A DNA stretch of 40,750 nucleotides from a bacterium (GTDB lineage Bacteria; Zhuqueibacterota; Zhuqueibacteria; Oceanimicrobiales; Oceanimicrobiaceae): assembly GCA_046757165.1 (NCBI GenBank), contig JBHHXT010000026.1, positions 1-40,750 on the forward strand, written 5' to 3'. The number at the start of each line of letters is the position of its first letter. The first letter of the stretch is position 1. Below, in pieces: positions 22,401 to 30,183 of the stretch. The translations under genes were made by a program, and so were the position numbers. The notes beneath the pieces were generated by a model that worked only from the letters and a program-made list of their open reading frames with translations, had not been told where the DNA came from and did not search any database.

Positions 22401-22508
22401 CTTCTCACTAGAAGAGACCATCAACGTATTACTTTGGGCGACCAGTTGTGTGTATAAGAAAGACATGGCCATGGCAATGAGTAATACGTGTTTTTTTGAA
22501 GAAATCAT
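19485..22508 (-). CDS. TonB-dependent receptor/transducer with N-terminal signalling extension and carboxypeptidase-regulatory-like domain
   Basis: Signal peptide from MISSKK; STN-like segment; IRGRIT...G....DGNY.I..IPPGKYTLKASFIGY; VVTTASR, plug motifs VRG and FVRGGSSTLFG.GSVAGIINY; barrel ending in Phe. Confidence 0.93.
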   Translation of the reverse strand: MISSKKHVLLIAMAMSFLYTQLVAQSNTLMVSSSEKSTLRLDKVHHETISLRAALQAVEKKFDVGFLYYSGVGEQVSLQDPATVLDDLQATLAGILRPLNLVSVKVGASSYVVAHPSQRSAVLRAFGQVEPQETTATIRGRITVEGTGDAIQGTQVVLEGTVLGDVADSDGNYEIDGIPPGKYTLKASFIGYTVRAAEVTVSAGDNLSQDFSLAEDVLLMEGVVTTASRFSRTQKEAPLSISLIDTKRIRQLSANSQADVLRTVPGVHAEGGGGEVAVNAFVRGLPAGGQYKYTPMQIDGMPVQGTFGLTSSAQDVYFRPDLGIETMEFVRGGSSTLFGVGSVAGIINYRSKRGGPVQQTTVQAEVATEDRYKLDFNTGGPLSPKMFYNLSGFYRFDEGPINTGLPTEGYQLRGNVSLNSVNGSFTIYGQIINDRVQFFLPLPLEGGSRERATGNDGEEVFTTQTAQAADISYATPDGIYETPIEDGVVTKGTSLLMDFDQEFGDGWFFNGKMKYARYEHQFNLFLTGPGGPVDVESQDSHVRRVFGDDFTDFTFTFVDDGLELPGNYLLFENRLLDRKRPFFEIASDISLSRVFNTGQSEHQLTLGAFLTRTEARDIDVITTYLGDFRDVPRLVDLQVVNSEGQTIQMTRNGLSNPGTGYTNNDARSSKAAIYLGDEIKFDRLRLDLGFRYEKNVGDIIKEGSQVFVMSSDPNVATRLQEVRWGSGKFNRRRIEPDAWGAAVAASYALSNRLNLYGNVSRGYFFPELRSNISFRRDSRGNFVQPDPDIEKIYQAEGGAKFSGVQLGSNVQLSGTAAAYFIRINDRLETDFINDPDNPGNVIQFTRAVGQSTTFGTELTGALSIARDIVLEASFTYQDHEVDDTPNAALEGKELRRQPKVMANWGLSYGKKSFDGRISGKFIGRRFSDNANNIKLDEFSIWRLDAGYTFPLTRKQTIRLGVHVFNLFDSDGVTEGDPRQGDLQLEGNFFVGRPILPRRTMFRATLNF

Positions 22509-22548
22509 TGCTTTCCTCCCTTGGATGTTATTATTTGAACACAAATTC

Positions 22549-23577
22549 TTATTTGATGAAGATTCTCCCGTTTTCCTTATGAACCTCACGATTTAATAAA
22601 CTAGCCAATGCCTTGAGCAACACCTCCTTTCGGTTCTCGATTTTTCCCGAAATTCGTTTATCCAAAAGCTCAGCATCTTCGATTTCTATGTTCATTCCGT
22701 AGGTGTGTCTGATTCGTTTGAGAATGTCACGCACAGGCGTATGGTCGAACATGAGCATCTCCGTTTTCCAGGACGAATAGACCTCCGAATTGACCTGACT
22801 GATGAGCACTGAATCATGATTTGCGCGAAACTCGACCAAATCATTCGGTCTCAGCACGACTGTATCGTCATCTTCAGGTGCATTCGCCACCATCACCTCC
22901 ACCTTCCCCTTGCTCAAGACGACTTGCGTGAAATCCTCCCACTTTGTCACATTGAATTGCGTCCCGAGAACTCTGATGGTGCCATCTGTTGTGTGAACCA
23001 GGAACTTGACCGGAGACGGCCCACTCTGCATCCTGAGAACGGAAAAAAAGGCTTCTCCTTCCAGGCTGACCTCGCGGTCATCGTTCTGGAACCAGTTCGA
23101 ATTGAATTTCAGGGATGAATGGCCATTCAACGTGATCGTGCTGCCATCCGGAAGCGTTATGTTTGCACGTTCGCCGTACTCCGTCGTCACGACTTTCGGC
23201 CTATCAACGTGTCTGACCAACCAGGCTCCGGAGCCAATCATAAACACAAGGATGATGGCGACCGCAAATCTGTACAGCCTGGGGGCGGACTGAATTCCGC
23301 TAAATCGTGATAGAGCAGTCGCTCGCCCTTCATAGTCGCGAATCCTCTTCTGCAATTGACTCAATTTCTCTGCCACATTCACATCTGGTTGTGTTCGTCT
23401 AAACTGTATCTTCTTAACAATACGCCGGGCATCAGTTGCGGTCCGGCGATGCTCCTCACTTTTTTCAACCCAGGTTTCCCACCGGTGATGCTCTTCATGG
23501 CTCGCCTGGTCCAGAGCCCAGCGTTGAAACGATTCGTCTGCCAAAAGATCCGCGACATTGAATTCCGGCTGCTTCAT
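22549..23577 (-). CDS. FecR family anti-sigma factor
   Basis: DLLADESFQRW N-terminus, single TM, T.YGER..ITLPDGS.I.LN..S.L, REV.LEGEAFF.V, VLGTQFNV, YSSWK...L.F; start MKQPEF. Confidence 0.93.
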   Translation of the reverse strand: MKQPEFNVADLLADESFQRWALDQASHEEHHRWETWVEKSEEHRRTATDARRIVKKIQFRRTQPDVNVAEKLSQLQKRIRDYEGRATALSRFSGIQSAPRLYRFAVAIILVFMIGSGAWLVRHVDRPKVVTTEYGERANITLPDGSTITLNGHSSLKFNSNWFQNDDREVSLEGEAFFSVLRMQSGPSPVKFLVHTTDGTIRVLGTQFNVTKWEDFTQVVLSKGKVEVMVANAPEDDDTVVLRPNDLVEFRANHDSVLISQVNSEVYSSWKTEMLMFDHTPVRDILKRIRHTYGMNIEIEDAELLDKRISGKIENRKEVLLKALASLLNREVHKENGRIFIK

Positions 23578-23905
23578 ATGAGTTGAAAGCTCCTTTTGTG
23601 TTTGAAATAATCTTGCTATTTGACTTTGACCTTGCATCCTGGATATGAAAAGGCTCTCAACCTGCACGGAGAAGGTCCCCTTGTCCTCATCAATAAGAGT
23701 GACCCGATTCACGTTTGTACTGTGTTATTTTCGAGATTTCTTGATTCGTTCGATGAGAGCGGAAAATTCCAACCAGCAAGTACTTAGAGGGCTCGTTGTT
23801 AAACACCGGTCATACACGGTCTCTGACTGTGGAAGACTGATCCACTATCGCTAAGTCGAAATCACAAGAAAACGCGCAAAACCAGCTCCAGTCAAACCCA
23901 CCTCT

Positions 23906-24073
23906 GAAAATGAACAAGTTCATTTTCGGTCTCCTCCCGGGAGGAGATTTACCCCGCTCCCCTCCCTGGACTTATCGTTACCCACACCTTATGCCCCTGT
24001 GTCCAGCAATATTTGTGGGACACGATAAGTCCCTGGAGGGGACAGGTTCAGACTCGTTCAGAGTCTGAACCTG
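23906..24073. repeat. Cluster of four adjacent palindromes/inverted repeats
   Basis: 23906-23927 GAAAATGAAC-AA-GTTCATTTTC; 23930-23947 perfect 18-bp palindrome; 23958-23986/24014-24042 29-bp IR with 4 mismatches; 24043-24073 13-bp stem. Confidence 0.8.
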
Positions 24074-24185
24074 GGGTGGGTCAACATGGCCCGCCGTTGT
24101 TGAAACCTGTTGGTCTTATGTACGCCTCCTATGCATGGAAGAGAAGTACCGGAGGGCATGTCGGGGTTCCGACGTCTCTTTCAGG

Positions 24186-24803
24186 TCAGGCACCGCACAA
24201 GGTGAGATATTTGAGAAGTGGAGGGACGAGAAACAACAGAGTGACGAACTGTTTTCGTAGAATTTGCAACGCCTCGAAAACATGATTGCGTGCAGTTTGA
24301 CTCCTGACGCTCATGACTTCCGCGAGCTCTTCATAAGGCAGACCCGTGTAGAAGCGCAAGTACAAGGCCTCCTTCTGCCGCGGCGAAAGCTCGTCAAGCG
24401 CTTGATTCAGGAGCGCCTTTTGCTCGCTTTCGAGCTCTTCGCTGATGAGAAATTCCTCCTGAGAAAGTGAAAACTCAGACAACTCCTCCAGGTATTTGCG
24501 GTTCCTGAGCATTCGGTTCTTTTCGCCTTGCCGCATCCGAAAGATTTCCCGTCGAAGCGAGGTGAACAGATAACTCTTGACGGATTTCACCTCCCCACGA
24601 CGTGTTCTGTTTTTCCAGAGCGTGAAGAACACATCCTGAATCGCATCCTCAACAAGCAAACGCTCTCCAGCGACCTTCAGACCATACGAAAACAGCTCGA
24701 TGTAATAGCGGCTAAACAGCCGTGAAAGGGCGGCCTGACTGCCCCGGGCCAATTCCTGCCAGAGTGTCCTGTCGCTTTCAGTTTGGTCGGGTTTGGTAAT
24801 CAA
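24186..24803 (-). CDS. ECF (FecI-like) RNA polymerase sigma factor
   Basis: D..LW.....G...A...LF.RY, VEDAIQDVF..LW, KSYLF.SLR, L..LSPRQKEALYLRFY.GL.YEE.AEVM; TTG start. Confidence 0.93.
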   Translation of the reverse strand: MITKPDQTESDRTLWQELARGSQAALSRLFSRYYIELFSYGLKVAGERLLVEDAIQDVFFTLWKNRTRRGEVKSVKSYLFTSLRREIFRMRQGEKNRMLRNRKYLEELSEFSLSQEEFLISEELESEQKALLNQALDELSPRQKEALYLRFYTGLPYEELAEVMSVRSQTARNHVFEALQILRKQFVTLLFLVPPLLKYLTLCGA

Positions 24804-24855
24804 TAAAGAATACCCCTGACGAAATCTTCAGACATCGTCATGGCTGGCCATCTAA

Positions 24856-24888
24856 AACCTTGCGAAGGTTCGAAACCTTCGCAAGGTT
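24856..24888. repeat. Perfect REP-like hairpin
   Basis: AACCTTGCGAAGGTT-CGA-AACCTTCGCAAGGTT (15-bp arms, each itself a mini-hairpin). Confidence 0.85.
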
Positions 24889-24934
24889 GCCTGATCACTT
24901 TGAATCCAAAACCACAAGTGCAATTTGGACATCG

Positions 24935-27226
24935 CTAAAGTCTCAACAACCCAATCGCACTCTCCTTGCCCATGTCTCCGACTTCCAGAATCGGCCCGAC
25001 GCACGATGGGCAGCCGCTGTCACAGGCACAACTCGCGATCAGCTCCAGCGCCGCCTTCTTGAGCTCATCGTGCAGATGAAAGAGCTTTTGGCTGAACCCG
25101 ACGCCGCCAGCATGGTTGTCGTAAATGTAGAGGGTGGGTTTCTGCGTCAAAGGTGCGCGCACCATGGGCGCCGTGCGAATGTCTCGTGGGTCACACATCA
25201 GGTAGACGGCGGCCACGGTTTGCAGGGCGTTGGCGAGCGCTTTCAGGCCGTCGCCGAGGTTGGTTTGTGAAATCTGCAACTTGTCGGCGAGGTCCGGCTC
25301 CAGCTCCCACCAGTAGGAGGTCGTGTGCATCTCCAGCTCCGGCAGTTCCACCTTGCCAAAACCGATATTTTCGTGCGTTTCAAATTTTAGCTTCTTGTAC
25401 TTGGTCGTCTGCCAGTTGGCGTTGACCTCGCCGTACCCCTTGCGTCCGCCGGGCACCCCGGCCTCTTCGGCGACATCCAGCACGCGCAGGCTGGTGTCGG
25501 TATGAGCGTCGGTGTAGTAGTCCACCTCGACCTGATGCACATACGCTTTTTGCCGCTCCCAGTCCAGCTTGTCGACATGGTACTGCTTGCTCTCGTGAAT
25601 GTAGATCGCGTTGTCGTGCAGCATGATCGGCGCATCCAGCAGGTTGACCTCGCCGATGACGCGCTCCTCTTTGGTGGTGTCGATGATCACGACATTGTCC
25701 GGCGTGGCGCTGCGCAAGCTCACCGCTTCGGCCGGGTAGGCGTCAGTCATCCAGTGGAATTTGCCGGGCTGGCCCGCTTCAGGGTTGCCGGGCACGAAGT
25801 GGAGCACATGGTTCTCCTTCAAATATTCCAGAACCTGGCGCGTCGTGTCGACGCCGAATTTCTCGTCTTCCGCAAACGGCAGCTCGAATGCCGCACACTT
25901 GAGGTGCTCCAGCAGGATGACCAGGTTGTTCGGGTCGATGACGCCCGACTCAGGCGCTTTGGTGAGAAAATAGTCCGGATGATTGACAATGTACTGGTCG
26001 ATGGGCGCACTGGAGGCCACCAGCACAGCAACGGAGAGCTCGCTGCGCCGGCCGGCCCGGCCCGACTGCTGCCAGGCGCTGGCGATGGTCCCGGGATAGC
26101 CGGCCATCACCGCGGCCTGGAGCTGGCCGATGTCAATGCCCAGCTCCAGGGCGTTGGTGCTCACCACGCCCAGAATTTCGCCGCTGCGCAGCCCGCGTTC
26201 GATGGCGCGCCGCTCGGTTGGAAGATAGCCGCCGCGGTAACCACGAATCAGTTTGGCTGACTTCCGGCCCATTTGCATGAGCTTTTTCAAATACGTGACG
26301 AGAATCTCTACCCGCAACCGCGTGCGGGCAAATACGATGGTCTGAACGTTGTTCAGCAGGAATCTGCGTGCAATGGCACGCGCCTCTTTGACGTAAGACC
26401 GCCGGATCCCGAGCTCGCGATTGACCACGGGCGGATTGTAGAGAATGAAGTGCTTCTCCCCGCGCGGCGCGCCGTTGCGCTCCACCAGCTCCACCGGCTG
26501 GTCGATGATGAGCTCGGCCAGCTCCTTCGGATTGGCGATGGTCGCCGAGCAGCAAACGAATTGCGGTTGGGAACCGTAAAAGCAGCAGATGCGTTTCAGC
26601 CGCCGCAGCAGGTTGGCGAGATGGCTGCCATAAACGCCGCGGTAGGTATGCAGCTCATCGATGACGATATAGTGCAGATTCTCGAACAGCTTCACCCACT
26701 TGGTGTGGTGCGGCAAAATCCCCTGGTGCAGCATATCGGGGTTGGTGACCACGATGTGACCGGAGCTGCGGATGGCCTTGCGCGCGGAAGCAGGGGTGTC
26801 GCCGTCGAAGGTGTAAGTCTTGATATCGAACGCCACTCCGGCGGCCATGGTTTGGACCAGCTCGTGCAGCTCAGTTACCTGGTCCCGGGAAAGCGCCTTG
26901 GTTGGGAAAAGATAGAGCGCTCGCGCCTCCGGGTTGGACAGCAGGGTGTCGAGCACAGGCAGGTTGTAGCACAGCGTTTTGCCGCTCGCCGTCGGAGTCA
27001 CGATGACGACGTTCTTTTTTTCCAGCACGAATCGGATCGCCTGAGCCTGGTGGCTGTAAAGCTGCTGGATGCCGCGTTTCCGGACCGCCTCAACGAGTAC
27101 GGAATTCATCTTTGCGGGGAAATTTGCATAGGTGGCCTCCCGGCTGCGCAGCACGCGCCAGGCCGTGACGTTGTTCATGAATCTGGCGTCGCTCTTGAAC
27201 TGGTCGAGGATCTGAGGGAGGGTCAT
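24935..27226 (-). CDS. DEAD/DEAH-box helicase with C-terminal DUF1998 (MrfA/YprA/SftH/Hrq1 family)
   Basis: LYSHQ, TPTASGKTLCY, FPTKAL, TNPDMLH, DELH, SATIANP, YRGGY, TNALELGIDIG, QQSGRAGR; C-terminal CAC..GCPSC zinc site. Confidence 0.95.
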   Translation of the reverse strand: MTLPQILDQFKSDARFMNNVTAWRVLRSREATYANFPAKMNSVLVEAVRKRGIQQLYSHQAQAIRFVLEKKNVVIVTPTASGKTLCYNLPVLDTLLSNPEARALYLFPTKALSRDQVTELHELVQTMAAGVAFDIKTYTFDGDTPASARKAIRSSGHIVVTNPDMLHQGILPHHTKWVKLFENLHYIVIDELHTYRGVYGSHLANLLRRLKRICCFYGSQPQFVCCSATIANPKELAELIIDQPVELVERNGAPRGEKHFILYNPPVVNRELGIRRSYVKEARAIARRFLLNNVQTIVFARTRLRVEILVTYLKKLMQMGRKSAKLIRGYRGGYLPTERRAIERGLRSGEILGVVSTNALELGIDIGQLQAAVMAGYPGTIASAWQQSGRAGRRSELSVAVLVASSAPIDQYIVNHPDYFLTKAPESGVIDPNNLVILLEHLKCAAFELPFAEDEKFGVDTTRQVLEYLKENHVLHFVPGNPEAGQPGKFHWMTDAYPAEAVSLRSATPDNVVIIDTTKEERVIGEVNLLDAPIMLHDNAIYIHESKQYHVDKLDWERQKAYVHQVEVDYYTDAHTDTSLRVLDVAEEAGVPGGRKGYGEVNANWQTTKYKKLKFETHENIGFGKVELPELEMHTTSYWWELEPDLADKLQISQTNLGDGLKALANALQTVAAVYLMCDPRDIRTAPMVRAPLTQKPTLYIYDNHAGGVGFSQKLFHLHDELKKAALELIASCACDSGCPSCVGPILEVGDMGKESAIGLLRL

Positions 27227-27348
27227 GGGACTAATGAACGTCCTTTGCCTGGTTTTTCCTGGAAGACACTGTTCGTCGCTTTGCGTCAATCGATTCCTGC
27301 ATCACCAAAAGCTCGCCAAAGTCAGTCTGCATCATCGCAGACGATTAC

Positions 27349-27376
27349 AATATAACGATTCTTTCATTCTAGTCAA
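27349..27376 (-). promoter_or_regulatory. Putative sigma70 promoter of the helicase
   Basis: Minus strand TTGACT-N16-TATATT. Confidence 0.45.
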
Positions 27377-27445
27377 AAAGTTATTTGGCCTTTTTGTGAC
27401 CCGGCTTCTTTTGCCGGGATTGCGGGAAAGTCTTTCATATTCAGA

Positions 27446-27530
27446 CTATTCAGGTGTTTAGACTGTAGGCTATAAGGCAGAAATCACAAATCGCAAAGGC
27501 CAAAGAACTACAGCCTATCTACCTGAATAG
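27446..27530. repeat. Nested inverted-repeat element
   Basis: CTATTCAGGT...ACCTGAATAG outer arms; TAGACTGTAG...CTACAGCCTA inner arms (1 mismatch). Confidence 0.7.
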
Positions 27531-27534
27531 ATGC

Positions 27535-28431
27535 TCATTGCAACCGGCGCAAATAGCGCTGAAACAGCACGCCATCCAAACGCTTCATTTCCAGACGCGC
27601 CTCCACGTCGATTTTACCGGGCATGCATGACTGATCGAGGTAAAGGCAGCGTGCAAAGCGCTGATAGCGCTGTACAGCGTCTACCGGCAATTCGGACCCA
27701 TACTGCTGCCGTTGCCCCTGAAACCGTTGCGACAAGACGGTTTTGCCTTTCGGAATGGTGAGTACCCGCTCCAGCCAGGCATGAATGGGCAACAGCGCCC
27801 GGCTGACCAGGTCATCATGCTCCCGGCGCAACATCTTGTAAACACGGCGCAGCTCTGGGCTCTGCAGGAATTCCATGTCCACGGCCTGCACATCCACGAA
27901 CAGAGCGTGCAGGTAGCCGGTGTTCGCTTCCTCATCGTACTGCAAAAGGGTCGCGGCGTCGCCGAAATACCCCCACAGCCGGGCGTGCAATGACTCCGGG
28001 TGAGCCGTTAAATATTCCAACAGTACGCGGTGGGCGTCCTGCGGTCGTTCCAGCACCAGACAGCAATAGCCGATATGCAAAGTTTCTTTCTCCGGAACGA
28101 CAAAATCACAATACTCCGCCGCCACAAGCCGCACGATTTGCTGGCAAATCAAGCGCTCGACGATCGTCCGCACTGTGCGCGTTAGAGAGGGACCGCGCCC
28201 GCGAAGAGCTTCCCAGACCCCGGCCAGCGTAGAGACTTCGCTGTCCGCGTTGATTCCCTGTTCCAGCAACGTATCGACCGCTTGCTGCAAGGTTTTGATG
28301 TCCGCCAGGTAGGGGTCGATGTTTTGTGCCGCCTCCAGCTCCGCCCGGGCTTGTGCCAGAGAAAAGTGCTGCAAATAGTCCAGAGCCTTTTGCTTGTGCT
28401 CAACGGCCGCTGTGAACAGGTTGATTTGCAT
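27535..28431 (-). CDS. Hypothetical all-helical, TPR-like protein
   Basis: 298-aa ORF from MQINLF that fills the gap; TPR-like patterns (A...LE.A..IDP; LWGYFGDA......EEA...Y..AL..D). Confidence 0.75.
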   Translation of the reverse strand: MQINLFTAAVEHKQKALDYLQHFSLAQARAELEAAQNIDPYLADIKTLQQAVDTLLEQGINADSEVSTLAGVWEALRGRGPSLTRTVRTIVERLICQQIVRLVAAEYCDFVVPEKETLHIGYCCLVLERPQDAHRVLLEYLTAHPESLHARLWGYFGDAATLLQYDEEANTGYLHALFVDVQAVDMEFLQSPELRRVYKMLRREHDDLVSRALLPIHAWLERVLTIPKGKTVLSQRFQGQRQQYGSELPVDAVQRYQRFARCLYLDQSCMPGKIDVEARLEMKRLDGVLFQRYLRRLQ

Positions 28432-28538
28432 GGCTTCAAAATTGTTCGATAAACTCAGGCCGGACGAGCCCCGCAAGAAGCGCGGGACTTAACAATTGGT
28501 GATTTCAAATCTTATCTCGACAGTCATGTGCAAACATG

Positions 28539-28636
28539 GTAAAACAAGCCTCTGGCTTGTTAAGAAAGGTCTATGATTCAAGCTAAGTTCTTGTTTTCTT
28601 TGCAATCCATGCTCGCAAGCAAGATGCTTGCGTTAC
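28539..28636. repeat. REPIN-like doublet of two inverted GTAA-hairpin REPs
   Basis: GTAA-AACAAGC-CTCTG-GCTTGTT ... CGCAAGC-AAGAT-GCTTGCG-TTAC. Confidence 0.75.
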
Positions 28637-28724
28637 ATTTTCACACAGGCTCTAAAGCGTGAACACCCTAAACGAACGACTCAACAATTTGCACCTGCCG
28701 TTTTCTGCTCTGGGTGCGGATTGT

Positions 28725-28822
28725 ACAACCCCTACAGGGTTGTTTTTGTCGACATTTTCCCTTTCCCCAGGGTTTCGCATTCGCTCAACCCTGGGCTGTA
28801 TTGTCGGACGCTTTCAGCGTCC
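28725..28822. repeat. Three-hairpin REP-like element
   Basis: ACAACCC-CTACA-GGGTTGT; CCCAGGGTT-N12-AACCCTGGG; GGACGC-TTTCA-GCGTCC. Confidence 0.65.
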
Positions 28823-28834
28823 CCTGTTTCGATT

Positions 28835-28876
28835 GTTTCGATGGGTCACCTCCGGCGCCCGGCATGACCCGGCAAC
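28835..28876 (-). other. Solitary CRISPR-repeat-like hairpin (candidate Cas6 site)
   Basis: Minus strand GTTGCC-GGGTCA-TGCCGGGCGCCGGAGG-TGACCC-ATCGAAAC, 77 nt after the cas6 stop; single copy only. Confidence 0.3.
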
Positions 28877-28953
28877 GCCTATCCCCTCGGCATCCCAGGC
28901 ATCCCACCCACCATGCAAACCTAACCCATTCGCAATTCGTCATTCGTAATTCT

Positions 28954-29736
28954 TCATTCCAGGCATTCCACCATGCCAAACCCCTGCGACCCCCTCTCGC
29001 CCAGGCCACACTCCCACGCGGTTTGCATCAGGGCCGGACTGCCTGCCAGGGTGAAATAACTCTCGAAACAAGCCACCCTGGTTTCCTCAGGTGTGCCTTG
29101 TTTGATCGTGATCAACTTCTGCCTGGGCCGGTCGGAGGCTTCAAAGCGAAAGGTGAGGGCGGAATTCTCCGGCGGGCGGGCGTGGATGATTTCGTATTTC
29201 TGCAGAAGATTCTGGCGCAGGGCCTCGGGCAGCCCGGCATCATCCGGCCGGTAGTAGTGAATTTGCTTTCGTCCCTGCCGGTCGACCATGGTGCTGGCGG
29301 TGATCGGAGACAGGCACTTGAAGCGCATCGTGTGCTCAAATTCAGGAACGGCCAGAGTTTCGACCCCCTCGACGGTAAATTGCGCGCGCAGGCCATGTGC
29401 CGCGATTGTTATTTCGCACGCATCAAACAACCCCAGAACAAAATTCTGCACAAACTCGTCGAGCATGGGGCTGCCGATTTGCAATTGCCACGGAGCCTGA
29501 CCTCCGCGCAAGGTCTCGCCAAACCGCCGGCCACCCGGGATCCACAGTTTGGAAAAGCTGAAGAGTTTCATCATGCGGCCGCTGGGCGCCGGATAGCCGC
29601 GGTCGTGCAGAAAGCTGGCATAGTCCGGGGAAGCTTGCTGCAGGATTTTGTAAATGGCCGCGCTCAGCGGGTATTGATAGTTGATCGGCACCGTTGCATT
29701 GGGCGTGAACGGCCGCAAGGTAAGCTGCAGGCGCAT
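28954..29736 (-). CDS. cas6: CRISPR-associated endoribonuclease Cas6 (stand-alone)
   Basis: AGGAGG RBS before MRLQLTL; PINYQYPLSAAIY, FLHDRGY, KLFSFS, F.CLSPI, NLLQKY and C-terminal G-rich loop GLGERGSQGFG; 260 aa. Confidence 0.95.
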   Translation of the reverse strand: MRLQLTLRPFTPNATVPINYQYPLSAAIYKILQQASPDYASFLHDRGYPAPSGRMMKLFSFSKLWIPGGRRFGETLRGGQAPWQLQIGSPMLDEFVQNFVLGLFDACEITIAAHGLRAQFTVEGVETLAVPEFEHTMRFKCLSPITASTMVDRQGRKQIHYYRPDDAGLPEALRQNLLQKYEIIHARPPENSALTFRFEASDRPRQKLITIKQGTPEETRVACFESYFTLAGSPALMQTAWECGLGERGSQGFGMVECLE

Positions 29737-30083
29737 GATGATCCTCCTGTCCGCGGAATTCAATCTCGTTTTCTTGCCAGGTGTTACACTAAAATGAACA
29801 AAACATATTGAATTTTCAAATAAAAACTTGTTCTGGTGTGCACTATTTTGCAAAAACTGCAAAAACATTGAGAGAACAGGCAGCACCGTTGTCTCCCGTT
29901 CATATATGTCTGAGACCTTTCGCCTCCGCTCACCGAGATGTCCATCCTTGATTCCTGAAGGCGACTCTCTTTCTGTAGGAACTCCTGCTTTTTTGCAAGG
30001 AAAGGCAACGAATATGCAGACCGCAAAAACAAGACGTTTTTGCCGCTCGCCGCCAGACCCACCCGACTGATTAGAATCTCGAG

Positions 30084-30139
30084 ATTTGAATTTGTTTCGG
30101 ATTTCGATATTCGAATCTAAAATTTAGGCGCTCGCGCCT
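30084..30139. repeat. Degenerate heptad-type repeat plus hairpin
   Basis: ATTTGAATTTGTTTCGGATTTCGATATTCGAATCTAAAATTT followed by TAGGCGC-TC-GCGCCTA; similar heptads at 28928-28952 and 35115-35200. Confidence 0.5.
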
Positions 30140-30183
30140 ATGTTCACATCACAATTATCACAACAAAATTAAGGAGGTAGACG

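Noticed and set aside
22509..22589. Apparent FecR/TonB receptor overlap and other N-terminal extensions in the ORF track (2347, 5230, 9942, 10839, 15130, 23712, 27289, 28476, 29886)
   Set aside because: Downstream ATGs give better starts, judged by RBS, signal peptide or family-typical N-terminus, and remove the overlaps.
23906..23927. GAAC-AA-GTTC palindrome as a LexA box
   Set aside because: Spacing is N2 rather than the N4 of the Gram-positive box, and it sits in a hairpin cluster within a sugar-uptake locus.
24935..27226. Helicase as Cas3, or as DISARM/Druantia/Dpd defence component
   Set aside because: No HD nuclease domain; helicase and DUF1998 are fused as in MrfA/YprA; no methylase, drm, PLD or SNF2 genes nearby.
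26273..27355. Long antisense ORFs (also 2454-3323, 7085-7957, 20349-21365, 35850-36980, 38615-39841)
   Set aside because: They lie opposite well-supported genes, as expected from GC-rich codon bias; no domain motifs.
28714..29811. 365-aa plus-strand ORF overlapping cas6
   Set aside because: Antisense shadow of cas6 running through repeat DNA; no recognisable motifs or RBS.
28477..30183. CRISPR array or leader beside cas6
   Set aside because: No sequence of 25-45 nt recurs at regular spacing; only the single repeat-like unit reported as a finding.
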